Shown here piece after piece: positions 55,715 to 64,000 of a DNA stretch of 64,000 nucleotides (position 1 is the first letter of the stretch; the number at the start of each line of letters is the position of its first letter). The stretch lies in assembly GCA_038231455.1 (NCBI GenBank), contig JBBRLI010000006.1, positions 32,001-96,000 on the forward strand. Direction: 5' to 3'. This DNA comes from Vulcanimicrobiales bacterium. Its GTDB lineage: Bacteria > Vulcanimicrobiota > Vulcanimicrobiia > Vulcanimicrobiales > Vulcanimicrobiaceae. The translations under genes and the position numbers were made by a program. Below the pieces are notes generated by a model. That model was given only the letters and a program-made list of their open reading frames with translations. It ran no database searches and was not told where the DNA came from.

Positions 55715-58309
55715 TTAGTAGTTTCCGAAGGATTGCGGAATGATCGGTCCTTGGCTCCCGAGGCCGAAGTTTGCAGAGCGGCTCGGGAACGCTAAGAGTT
55801 CGATTCCCACGTTGACCGTTTTGAGGCTCTGGTTGTACTGGAGCCGCACTTCGTAACAATTCCCGACGATGTGGCTGTAATAGATCGTCTTGTTCTCGAG
55901 TCGGCCGCGCGCTTTCCAATTCACGTTGGTGAAGAACTGCAATTCACTATCGCGCCCGAAGGGCGTGAGAATCTGTACGTTGGTCGTGGCAAAACCGTTG
56001 CCGGGTCCTGGCACGTACGCGCCGCCGAGCGCGACGGAGGAGCGGCGCGAGGGACGGGCGCTCAGCTGATAGCTCAACGGCTGTGCTTGGCGGTTGAAGA
56101 ACGTGCCGTCCGAGAGCGTGAGCACGTACGAATCGCCATTGAAGATGCGCAGCACGTCTTGCGCCCCATGCGATGCTCCCGAGATAATCTCGTAGGTTTT
56201 GAACGGTTCGGCCTGCGGCCCGTTGGAGTTGTTCTCGTTGTATTGGATGAGGTTACTGAAATGCGTGCCTAGCGGCGTCGTCAGCGTCATATTCTGCGCG
56301 ACTGATGCTTTGAGATCGCCGGTCCCGAACGCGTCTTGCTTGACGTTTACACCGGCGGAGAAATCACTGCGACCGAGGTGTAAGAGCGCGGGACCGAAGT
56401 TGAACGCCCCTTCGTAAGCTTCGGTCGCGATGCCGGTTTGGCGTTCGCTGTATTCGCCGATCGTAAACTGGGTGCTGATCGGAAACGCGCGGAAGCGCGG
56501 CAAGAGGTTATTTGGGCGGATCTGCAATTCGGGAAGCTTGTCGATGCCCGAGGGTGCGGCCGATTCCGTCTTGTCGATCGTCAGATCGTAGCTTGCGCCG
56601 AGACTCTGCAAGTGCGTGAGCGTATTGAAGTGCAGCGTGTCGATCTTCGTTTTGGCCGTCGTCGTCGTGGCGTTGGTGGTGTTGGTGGTGTAGCTGATGT
56701 TCTCGGCTTGCGTGAGGTTCTGCGTGATCGTGCGCTGATCGACAAAGCCGAAGTTGTTCGAACTCTGATAGCCGCTCGTTTGATTGCGCTGGAACGTGTA
56801 GGACTGCGAGGTCTTCCCCGCCGCGTGCGCGACCGATCCGTTGTAATTGTAGTTTGGTGGGAGGCTGATGCCCGTCCCGTAGTTGCCCGTGTAGGCGGCG
56901 CTAAATTGTCCGCGCAACGTTGGCGAGAAATTCTCGGACTCATCGACATTCAGGTTCGTCGCCGTCGAATTCGAGTACCCGCGATATTTGCGCGAGAAGA
57001 CGTTAACGTTCGCGAGGCGCTTGTTGTTCTTGCGTTTGAACGTCGCGACGTAGCCCAAACCGTAGCCGGTCTTTTGATAATATTCCAGGCGATAGTAGCC
57101 GAAGTAATCGTCGCTCGGAGCAAATCCCAAACGCGCGCGAACGTAGACGCCGTCGACCTGTGAGTAACCGATCTCCGGGATGAAGCCGGCGGCTTTATTC
57201 GGACCTTGATCGTGTTTGAGCGGAATGATCAGCACGGGGATATAGAGGATCGCGAGTGCTCCAAGAAAGAGCACGGCGCTGCGCGCGATGAGTTTGTCAT
57301 CGGGCTTGAGGTCGATGCTCTTGGCTTCGACGTGATAGCCGCCGCGCGGATTCTCGCACGTCGTAAACGACGCACGGTCACCGTGTGAATTGCCGTTGCG
57401 ATCGGTCGTAAGCGTCTTTGCTTTGAAATAAAATTTGCCGCGCTCGACGCCTTGCGTGGTCTCGCCATGCCCGTTGAGCAGCGTGGCTTTGCGCGTGACC
57501 GTATCGAAGCGAATCGAATCGGCGTAGATGACCGAGTCTTCAAGCTTATTGCGGATGTACGGGTGCCCGGTCATATCGATATAGCGCTTGCCGTCATAGT
57601 GCGCGTGGTCGGCGACGATGACGCCATCGGTATAGAGCAAGTTGACGTTGCCATCCGCATCGGCGGGTTCGCCGTCGTTCGTATTTCCGGTTACTTGATC
57701 GGCGAGAATCGCAAACTCGCTAATGCCGAGCGTTGGCACGGGCTTCGGCGTGTCGCTTGGCGTAGCGCTCGGCGCCGCGCTTGCGGATGCCGATGCGCCC
57801 GTCGCTGGTGAGCCGCTTGGACTTGGACTCGGCGTCGGTGTGACGCGTTGGAGTAAAACGGGACCTGATGATGCGCTAGCACTTGGCGAGGGCGTGGGAA
57901 TCGGCGGTGGAGACGGGGCGCCCGGTGTCGGCGTCGGTAGCGGAATGAGCAACTGCGTCGGCCCATTGGGTGCGCGTGGCACGGGGATGAGTGTCGGCGA
58001 CGGACTCGGACTAGGTGATGCGCTCGCGCTCGCAGTTGGACTTGCGCTTGCACCCTCACTCGGAACGGGCGAGGGGCTCGTCACTTGCGCGACCGTAAGC
58101 GGTTCGCGCGTCTCGCGCGTGTCGCGCGTGTCGCGCGTCGCGTGTGTGGCGCACGAATGCGAGGCGAGCAGGTCGAGCGCTCGATTCGCGTCTGCGGACG
58201 TCGAATCAGCCGCAGCCGGGGCGGCGGATGCGGGCAGCGTATGTCCGAGAACGAGCACGAGCGCAACGAACGTGGCGAGCCACGCGCGTGCGGGAGCGAT
58301 TCGAATCAA
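55715..58309 (-). CDS. LptD-like LPS assembly outer-membrane protein
   Basis: Signal peptide, PS-rich linker, jellyroll region with FTTCE, beta-barrel-like C-terminus; TTG 58309 follows the upstream stop. Confidence 0.72.
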   Translation of the reverse strand: MIRIAPARAWLATFVALVLVLGHTLPASAAPAAADSTSADANRALDLLASHSCATHATRDTRDTRETREPLTVAQVTSPSPVPSEGASASPTASASASPSPSPSPTLIPVPRAPNGPTQLLIPLPTPTPGAPSPPPIPTPSPSASASSGPVLLQRVTPTPSPSPSGSPATGASASASAAPSATPSDTPKPVPTLGISEFAILADQVTGNTNDGEPADADGNVNLLYTDGVIVADHAHYDGKRYIDMTGHPYIRNKLEDSVIYADSIRFDTVTRKATLLNGHGETTQGVERGKFYFKAKTLTTDRNGNSHGDRASFTTCENPRGGYHVEAKSIDLKPDDKLIARSAVLFLGALAILYIPVLIIPLKHDQGPNKAAGFIPEIGYSQVDGVYVRARLGFAPSDDYFGYYRLEYYQKTGYGLGYVATFKRKNNKRLANVNVFSRKYRGYSNSTATNLNVDESENFSPTLRGQFSAAYTGNYGTGISLPPNYNYNGSVAHAAGKTSQSYTFQRNQTSGYQSSNNFGFVDQRTITQNLTQAENISYTTNTTNATTTTAKTKIDTLHFNTLTHLQSLGASYDLTIDKTESAAPSGIDKLPELQIRPNNLLPRFRAFPISTQFTIGEYSERQTGIATEAYEGAFNFGPALLHLGRSDFSAGVNVKQDAFGTGDLKASVAQNMTLTTPLGTHFSNLIQYNENNSNGPQAEPFKTYEIISGASHGAQDVLRIFNGDSYVLTLSDGTFFNRQAQPLSYQLSARPSRRSSVALGGAYVPGPGNGFATTNVQILTPFGRDSELQFFTNVNWKARGRLENKTIYYSHIVGNCYEVRLQYNQSLKTVNVGIELLAFPSRSANFGLGSQGPIIPQSFGNY
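58103..58138. repeat. Four copies of a 9-bp tandem repeat NTCGCGCGT (TRD-TRD-TRE-TRE)
   Basis: ttcgcgcgt ctcgcgcgt gtcgcgcgt gtcgcgcgt. Confidence 0.85.
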
Positions 58310-58311
58310 CC

Positions 58312-59484
58312 TTACCGGTCTTCTTGAAAGATGAGAATCCCGCCCGCGATTGCGAGCACGATATTCGGTGTCCATGCAGCAACGTACGGATCGAGCACAT
58401 TGTTCTTCGCAAGTGCGGCGGTCGTTGCCGAGAGTGCGTAGTAAACGAAGAGCATTAGCCCCGAGAGCGTCATGCCGAGCGCCCGGCCTTTTTTGCCGAA
58501 CTTCACCGCGAGCGGCAGCGCGATAATGATCGAGATCATTGCCGCAAACGGATAGGCAAGCTTCTGCGCCAGGGTTATTTTGCGCAAGACAAGATCGGGT
58601 CCACCGAAGCCCGTTTGCTCGCGCACCTTGATATCTTTACTGAGCGTCTTGCTGTCCATGGTGTACGGGTCTTGCGAAGACGAACTCAGGAACTCGTTTT
58701 GCATTTCGCCGAGGGGTAAGCCGATCGAGACGTCTTGGCCAACAACGACACCCGCAACGTTGCCGGTGGGGCCATACGTTGTTATGCGCGTGTCGAGCAG
58801 CTTCAACGTCGAGCCCTCGATGTATGCTTTTTGAGCCGTAGTCGTTTTGATAAAATTCGATGTCCGACCGCGTTCGAAGATCATGACGTCGTTCATCGTC
58901 TTCTTGTCGGTTGCTGCATCGACCGCGACATGGCCGACGTAAAACGTACGGCCCGTCATCGGATCCTGGCGGAAAATTTGCGGATCGATCGGCAACGTCG
59001 TCGTCTTGTACACAATTTGATAGAACGTGCGCGTCGAGAGGTCCGTCGTGACCGGCACGAGTTTCTCGTCGATTGCGTAGGAGAGTCCGAAGATCGCGAT
59101 GCCCATGATCAGCGGTGTGCGTGCGATGCGCCAAAATGGGACACCCGATGTACGCAAAGCGGTCATCTCGTTGTCGGCGACGAGTCGGCCGAACGCGATG
59201 AGCGTGCCGAAGAGACACGCGAACGGAAAGGCAAGTGGCGTCGCTTGCGGCACGCGGAAGAGCAAGAAGCGCATCACGAGAAAAAACGGCGCGCCTTTGT
59301 TGATGATGTAGTCGGCGGCGACGAAAAAGATGTTGATGAACCAGAAGAGCAAGAACGCGCCGAACCCATAGACCAGCGGCGGCCACATCTCGTTCAGAAT
59401 ATATTGGTCGAGAATCGGCAGCAATCTGCCAAGTGGTGAGATCGGGGCGAAGGCGACGTTGCGCCGCGCCGGGATCGAAGCCAT
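58312..59484 (-). CDS. LptF/LptG family permease
   Basis: ILDQYI, GRLVADNEMTALRTSGV, KLAYPFA, AAWTPN. Confidence 0.92.
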   Translation of the reverse strand: MASIPARRNVAFAPISPLGRLLPILDQYILNEMWPPLVYGFGAFLLFWFINIFFVAADYIINKGAPFFLVMRFLLFRVPQATPLAFPFACLFGTLIAFGRLVADNEMTALRTSGVPFWRIARTPLIMGIAIFGLSYAIDEKLVPVTTDLSTRTFYQIVYKTTTLPIDPQIFRQDPMTGRTFYVGHVAVDAATDKKTMNDVMIFERGRTSNFIKTTTAQKAYIEGSTLKLLDTRITTYGPTGNVAGVVVGQDVSIGLPLGEMQNEFLSSSSQDPYTMDSKTLSKDIKVREQTGFGGPDLVLRKITLAQKLAYPFAAMISIIIALPLAVKFGKKGRALGMTLSGLMLFVYYALSATTAALAKNNVLDPYVAAWTPNIVLAIAGGILIFQEDR

Positions 59485-59491
59485 CAGCGAA

Positions 59492-59965
59492 CTATTTTCC
59501 GCCGAACGCCGCCGTCACACGGGCGACGTACGCGCGCGTCTCGGCGAAGTTCGGGACGCCGTGCGCGGCATCGACGGCCCCGGGGCCTGCGTTATACGCC
59601 GCGACGGCAAGGGTGACGTTGCCGCGATAGCGCGCGAGTAAATCGTGGAGGTAGCGCGTGCCGCCGCTGACGTTGGCCCACGGGTCAAACGGGTTGCCGA
59701 CGCCGTACTGAGCAGCCGTGCCCGGCATGAGCTGCATGAGCCCTTGCGCCCCGGAACGCGAGATGGCACTTGGATCGCCATTGGATTCCGCCGAAATCAT
59801 CGCAGAGACGAGGCGCTCCGGCACGTCGTTTGCAAGTGACTCCTGGTGGACGATCGTCTGAAGCGTCCCGGGGGCCACCGAGTGGGTGCCGCCGGGCACA
59901 AGGCCATTCGAGCCGCACCCGAAGAGTGAGCCAAGGAGAACGGCGATAAGGAGACGGCGCTTCAC
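59492..59965 (-). CDS. Lytic transglycosylase (SLT domain) lipoprotein
   Basis: AESNG, GAQGLMQLMP, AAYNAGPG, ETRAYV; LFGC lipobox. Confidence 0.93.
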   Translation of the reverse strand: MKRRLLIAVLLGSLFGCGSNGLVPGGTHSVAPGTLQTIVHQESLANDVPERLVSAMISAESNGDPSAISRSGAQGLMQLMPGTAAQYGVGNPFDPWANVSGGTRYLHDLLARYRGNVTLAVAAYNAGPGAVDAAHGVPNFAETRAYVARVTAAFGGK

Positions 59966-60067
59966 AGATGAGCTTCTTTCGGGTGGTTCAAAAAAGCCGC
60001 CTCTCGGAACGAGTCGACTCTCCTTAGTATCGGCAACGTGCTCCGGCAGAAAGAGTTCCCCGAACGC

Positions 60068-60229
60068 TCACTTTGAGGCGCGCCTTGACGAATCGAGCCC
60101 GACAAATACGGCATAGAACGTGCCGAGTGACAAGCAGGCGCACGATCCGATCGCGATCGCGAGGGCGAAGGGACCGACCCAGAGTGCCATGACCGCCGCG
60201 ATTTCCACAAGGAGCGCTGTGCCGATCAA
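60068..60229 (-). CDS. Possible small 2-TM protein
   Basis: Manual translation LIGTALLVEIAAVMALWVGPFALAIAIGSCACLSLGTFYAVFVGLDSSRRASK; start uncertain. Confidence 0.4.
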   Translation of the reverse strand: MIGTALLVEIAAVMALWVGPFALAIAIGSCACLSLGTFYAVFVGLDSSRRASK

Positions 60230-60354
60230 CCATGCCGTTCTTGAGATGGGCCCCCCGGGAGTTTCAGCGGAAAGGATATGATGGTATTGCGCGTTCTACT
60301 GTCCAAGCGCGACTGGAGCCGCTATCCGGCGGTCGGCCCAACGTTGGAGGTTTG

Positions 60355-60933
60355 TTGAAACGTTTCATTGCGGCCGGTTTTTTCTCAGCCTTGCTGCTCG
60401 CCTCAAGCGTGTGCTCGGCTGCCGAGCCGCTCTCCGACGAGCAACGTCTTGCGGAACAGCGCACGGCAATGATGCGTTTCGCGTTGCTGGATGGCGTCTG
60501 GCGCGGTCCGGCAACGACGACGCTTCGCGACGGAACCCGGCGAACAATCACGCAGACGGAACGCATCGGACCATTTCTCGACGGAACGGTACGCGTAATC
60601 GAAGGCCGCGGATATGACGAAAACGGCGTCGTCCGTTTCAATGCTTTCGGAACGATCTCATACGATCCCTCAACGCAAGCGTTCACGCTGCATTCTTACG
60701 CCCAGAGCTACGTTGGCGATTATCCGTTTCTAGCAACGGCCGATGGCTACGAGTGGACGTTCCCGGCGGGACCCGTGCGCATCCGCTACACGGCAAAAAT
60801 CGCCGATGGAAATTTTCGCGAAATTGGGGAGCGGATTCTTCCCGGCGCTCCGACGGTAACGATTTTTGAGATGAACCTCCGACGGATCGCGGATGCGACC
60901 TGGCCGGCAGGTGGGGCAGTCGCTCCGCGCTGA
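60355..60933 (+). CDS. Secreted DUF1579-like protein
   Basis: SD GGAGG, signal peptide, LDGVWRG, ITQTERIGPFL, FNAFGTISYD. Confidence 0.75.
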   Translation: MKRFIAAGFFSALLLASSVCSAAEPLSDEQRLAEQRTAMMRFALLDGVWRGPATTTLRDGTRRTITQTERIGPFLDGTVRVIEGRGYDENGVVRFNAFGTISYDPSTQAFTLHSYAQSYVGDYPFLATADGYEWTFPAGPVRIRYTAKIADGNFREIGERILPGAPTVTIFEMNLRRIADATWPAGGAVAPR

Positions 60934-60994
60934 GCCAGTGACCGTGTCGGAGGATGCACGCCTGCCGTGGAACCGGTGACCAACCGGTCCCGCT

Positions 60995-62179
60995 TTAAGC
61001 CACGGTCGTCCGCAAGCTCTCGATCGAATGGACGTGGCGATACAATTGATCGCGCAGAAGCTCCGGCTTGCCCGCCTCGCGCAGCGATTTGACGGTTTCG
61101 TTTCCGAACCAATACGATGCGAGAAACGGGCCGCGGAATGGATGGAGTGCCATCCCGGTGCGCACCGTTGACCAGGATTCTTGAGCGAATCCGACGTCGC
61201 ACAGATACGCGATCGATTGCGCTTTGGTCCACCCGCTCACGTGCAAATGCCACGCGGCGTTCGTACCGACGGCCGTTTGCAGGCGCCGAACGCCGATTTG
61301 CGCGGCGTCGTTGTCATCTTCAACCCAGTCGATGAGATCGATGCCTTGATCGCCGATGCCCTCCTGCACCGCGCCCGTCACGGCATTCGCCGTGCAGAGG
61401 AGCGCATCGGGTGGCGACTCGCCACGCTCGGCGACTGCACGCGTTGAGAGCAACTGCGTCGAATGGCCCGGGAACACTTCGTGCGCGACTAAGTGTTTGA
61501 GCGCCGCGCGCGTTACGCGCACGTCGAGATTGATATCCATGTTGCCGTCTTCGAACGAGCATCGGCCCGCGTACGGAACGTTGCGCACGGCGTTGAGTCG
61601 CATCGTGTAATCGCCGGTCGGCCAGATCATCGCATCGGTTCGCCGCTGGGCTTCGGCCATCAATTCTTCGAAGACCGCCGGGATCGCCTCGGGCTCGAGA
61701 TACCGTCCCGTTTGCCACGTCCGCACGCGTTCGCCAAGCGTTCCGGTCGTGTAGCCGAGCCGCACCAGCAACGCGTCGAGTTCGTCGTGAAGCGCAGCGA
61801 TGGTTGCATCGGGGACCGGTTCTGCGGGAACGCCGACAAGGTCCGTAAGCTTTTCTTGAAAGCTCAACTGTTCGCCTGAAAAAAGACGCACGGCGGCGCG
61901 CAGCGAGCGCACCATCCCGAACAAGAACGTCTTGCGCGCCGCACGCGAAATGTCCGCGATGCGTGCTTCGAGCGAATCGAGCGCGTGATGAGCGGATTGC
62001 CAACTTGCAAGTGTCGCGCCCGGCACGATGTCCTTGCCGAGATAGATGGGAACGAGCCCCTCGGTATCGAGTGCTCCCTCGCCTTTGCTGATCGAACGTT
62101 CGAGCGCGTCGATGCCGAGCGTCATCGCGGTCAGTTCGCGTCCGAGTTCGAAATCAAGGGCGTCTTCGTCGGTGGTCAA
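60995..62179 (-). CDS. Hypothetical zincin-like protein (DUF885-related)
   Basis: AHEVFPGH with downstream QEG; no signal peptide. Confidence 0.7.
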   Translation of the reverse strand: MTTDEDALDFELGRELTAMTLGIDALERSISKGEGALDTEGLVPIYLGKDIVPGATLASWQSAHHALDSLEARIADISRAARKTFLFGMVRSLRAAVRLFSGEQLSFQEKLTDLVGVPAEPVPDATIAALHDELDALLVRLGYTTGTLGERVRTWQTGRYLEPEAIPAVFEELMAEAQRRTDAMIWPTGDYTMRLNAVRNVPYAGRCSFEDGNMDINLDVRVTRAALKHLVAHEVFPGHSTQLLSTRAVAERGESPPDALLCTANAVTGAVQEGIGDQGIDLIDWVEDDNDAAQIGVRRLQTAVGTNAAWHLHVSGWTKAQSIAYLCDVGFAQESWSTVRTGMALHPFRGPFLASYWFGNETVKSLREAGKPELLRDQLYRHVHSIESLRTTVA

Positions 62180-62266
62180 AACGTCATCCGTCGCGATCCT
62201 AGCTGAACAAGGCGTTCATCGAACTTTAGGCAACCGAACCCTTGATGTCAAGGAGCGTTTTGTAAG

Positions 62267-63208
62267 GTGCCCTCATCGCAAAAGCGACCGCATGGCGTAT
62301 GCGCGGCCGCCCTCACGCCGCTGACCGCAGATCTTCTCCCCGACACCGGTGCCGCCGTCGCGCACATCCGCCGTTTGCTCGCGGCGGGGTGCGATGCGAT
62401 CAATCTGCTCGGGACGACGGGCGAAGCTTCGTCGTTTTCACTGCGGCAGCGCTTGAGCATCATGGAGGCGGTCGCCGCTGCCGGATTACCGCTCGATGTC
62501 ATCATGGTCGGCACGGGAGCGCCCTCGCTTGACGATACCCTCGCATTAACACGCGCGGCGATCGACCTCGGTTATGCCGGGCAACTCGTCATTCCGCCGT
62601 ACTACTTCAAGGGGATCATCGATGACGGAATCGTGCGCTACTACACGACGTTAATCGAGCGGATCGCCGACGCGCGGTTCCGGCTGTATCTCTACCATTT
62701 TCCGCAGGTCAGCTCGGTCGGCTTCTCGCCCGCCGTTGTGGCGCGAATCGCAGCGGCATATCCCGAAGCGCTTGCTGGGCTCAAAGACAGTTCCGGCGTC
62801 GCCGGCTATCCCGAGTCGATCGTTGCGGTTGCCCCGAGGATCGATGTGTTTCCGAGTTCGGAGGCGCTCCTCTCGGTTTGTCGCACGCGTGGTTTTGCCG
62901 GTGTCATCTCCGCAACACTCAACGTCACAGCGCCGCTCGCGGGGCGCGTGTGGGCGCAGTCGATTGCGGGGCCTGAGGCTGCCGCTGACTTGCAAGATGC
63001 GCTCGGTGCCATTCGCGCGGCGATCGCGCAGCACCAACTCGTGCCGGCCCTGCGTGCCGTAATCGCTGCGATGCTTGCCGACGATGCGTGGCTGCGCGTG
63101 CTCCCGCCCCTCGTTGAAATCGACCACGTCTCATCGGCGGCGCTGCTGTCCAAGCTCGCCGCCATCCCGCATTTCAACGAACTCAGAGCAACACTCGCGT
63201 GCGCGTAA
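62267..63208 (+). CDS. DapA-family (dihydrodipicolinate synthase-like) aldolase
   Basis: GTTGE, PPYYF, LYLYHFP, GLKDSSG. Confidence 0.92.
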   Translation: MPSSQKRPHGVCAAALTPLTADLLPDTGAAVAHIRRLLAAGCDAINLLGTTGEASSFSLRQRLSIMEAVAAAGLPLDVIMVGTGAPSLDDTLALTRAAIDLGYAGQLVIPPYYFKGIIDDGIVRYYTTLIERIADARFRLYLYHFPQVSSVGFSPAVVARIAAAYPEALAGLKDSSGVAGYPESIVAVAPRIDVFPSSEALLSVCRTRGFAGVISATLNVTAPLAGRVWAQSIAGPEAAADLQDALGAIRAAIAQHQLVPALRAVIAAMLADDAWLRVLPPLVEIDHVSSAALLSKLAAIPHFNELRATLACA

Positions 63209-64000
63209 CCATCATCGGGGCCGGCGCGATCGGCGGCCTCGCGGGCGCCTATATGACGAAGGCCGGACATGATGTCGTGCTCGTCGATCGCTGGAAAGAA
63301 CACGTCGATGCGCTCAACGCACAGGGCGTGTTTATCGATGGGATACGCGGTGAGATGCGCGTTCCGGTACGCGCGCTCTTGCCCGAACAACTTGACGGGA
63401 CACTCGAGGCAATTTTGATTGCAACGAAATCGCAACATACAGCAGATGCCGTGCGGCAGCTGTTGCCGCGCTTTGACGATAACACGTTTGTCGTTTCGTT
63501 TCAGAACGGATTCAACGAACCGATGATCGCCGATATCCTGAGCGAAGCGGGGATCGGCGGCATGGAACGCGTGATCGGCTCGATTCCAAATTATGGCGGC
63601 GCGCTCGTGGATCCGGGACATCTCGAACACGTCCATGAGGGGGCGATCCAGCTTGGCGAAATGACCGGTGCGCGCACGGCGCGACTAAGCGAACTCGCCG
63701 CGATGCTCGGCTCGCTGACGAACGTTCAGCTCTCGGACAACGTGTGGGGACAGATTTGGGCGAAGGAAGTGTACTCGGCGCAAGTCGTCTTCTCGGCGCT
63801 CGTCGATGCCTCGATCGGCGAATCGCTCGGTAACGAACGCTATGCACGCATTGCCGGAGCGGTCGTCCGAGAAGCGTTGGAAATCGCTGAAGCGAGTGGC
63901 ATCGCCGTCGAAGCATTCGATTTTTTCGACCCCGCGAACTATCGGCCAAAAACCCCGGACGACACGAAAAAACTGATCGCGAACATCAATCATGCCATTT
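63199..64000 (+). CDS. Ketopantoate reductase family protein (runs off the right edge; absent from ORF track)
   Basis: Manual translation MRVTIIGAGAIGGLAGAYM...ATKSQHT...SFQNG...IWAK. Confidence 0.88.
   Translation, partial: MRVTIIGAGAIGGLAGAYMTKAGHDVVLVDRWKEHVDALNAQGVFIDGIRGEMRVPVRALLPEQLDGTLEAILIATKSQHTADAVRQLLPRFDDNTFVVSFQNGFNEPMIADILSEAGIGGMERVIGSIPNYGGALVDPGHLEHVHEGAIQLGEMTGARTARLSELAAMLGSLTNVQLSDNVWGQIWAKEVYSAQVVFSALVDASIGESLGNERYARIAGAVVREALEIAEASGIAVEAFDFFDPANYRPKTPDDTKKLIANINHAI

Noticed and set aside
59980-60290. c-di-AMP (ydaO) riboswitch or sigma28 promoter upstream of the SLT gene
   Set aside because: Only partial resemblance (GCTGAA...GGGGGGCCCA; GCCGATAC); I could not find the 3' riboswitch motifs or a TAAA -35 box.

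Overview
GC-rich, gene-dense bacterial chromosome segment from a diderm (Lpt-type outer-membrane genes, Lnt). The polA/mutM/rpsA/coaE neighbourhood, short S1, SigB-like promoter and many Pro/Ser/Thr-linker secreted proteins suggest a Terrabacteria-type soil lineage such as Eremiobacterota (inference, no search run). Housekeeping and metabolic content: tRNA-Leu(CAG), a lipoyl-E2-E1 2-oxoglutarate dehydrogenase fusion, pntAB, lepB, polA, mutM, rpsA, coaE, an Lrp-kdd-kamA lysine unit, a NagGH/gentisate aromatic catabolism cluster, KGG stress proteins and an LPS-export cluster. I saw no rRNA, CRISPR array, transposase or integrase. The best signals are missed by the ORF track. Two genes are split by an in-frame TGA at the catalytic Cys position, each followed by a SECIS-like hairpin: a PrdB/GrdB-like protein (386-1156) and an AhpC/TSA-fold protein (32322-32861) coupled to the gentisate dioxygenase operon. 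Also hidden: probable ATC and CTG starts for rpsA and coaE behind a structured leader, a 55-aa metallothionein, several Cys-rich microproteins, leaderless promoters and a frameshifted signal peptide on a DUF885 gene. All family calls come from motif recognition by eye.
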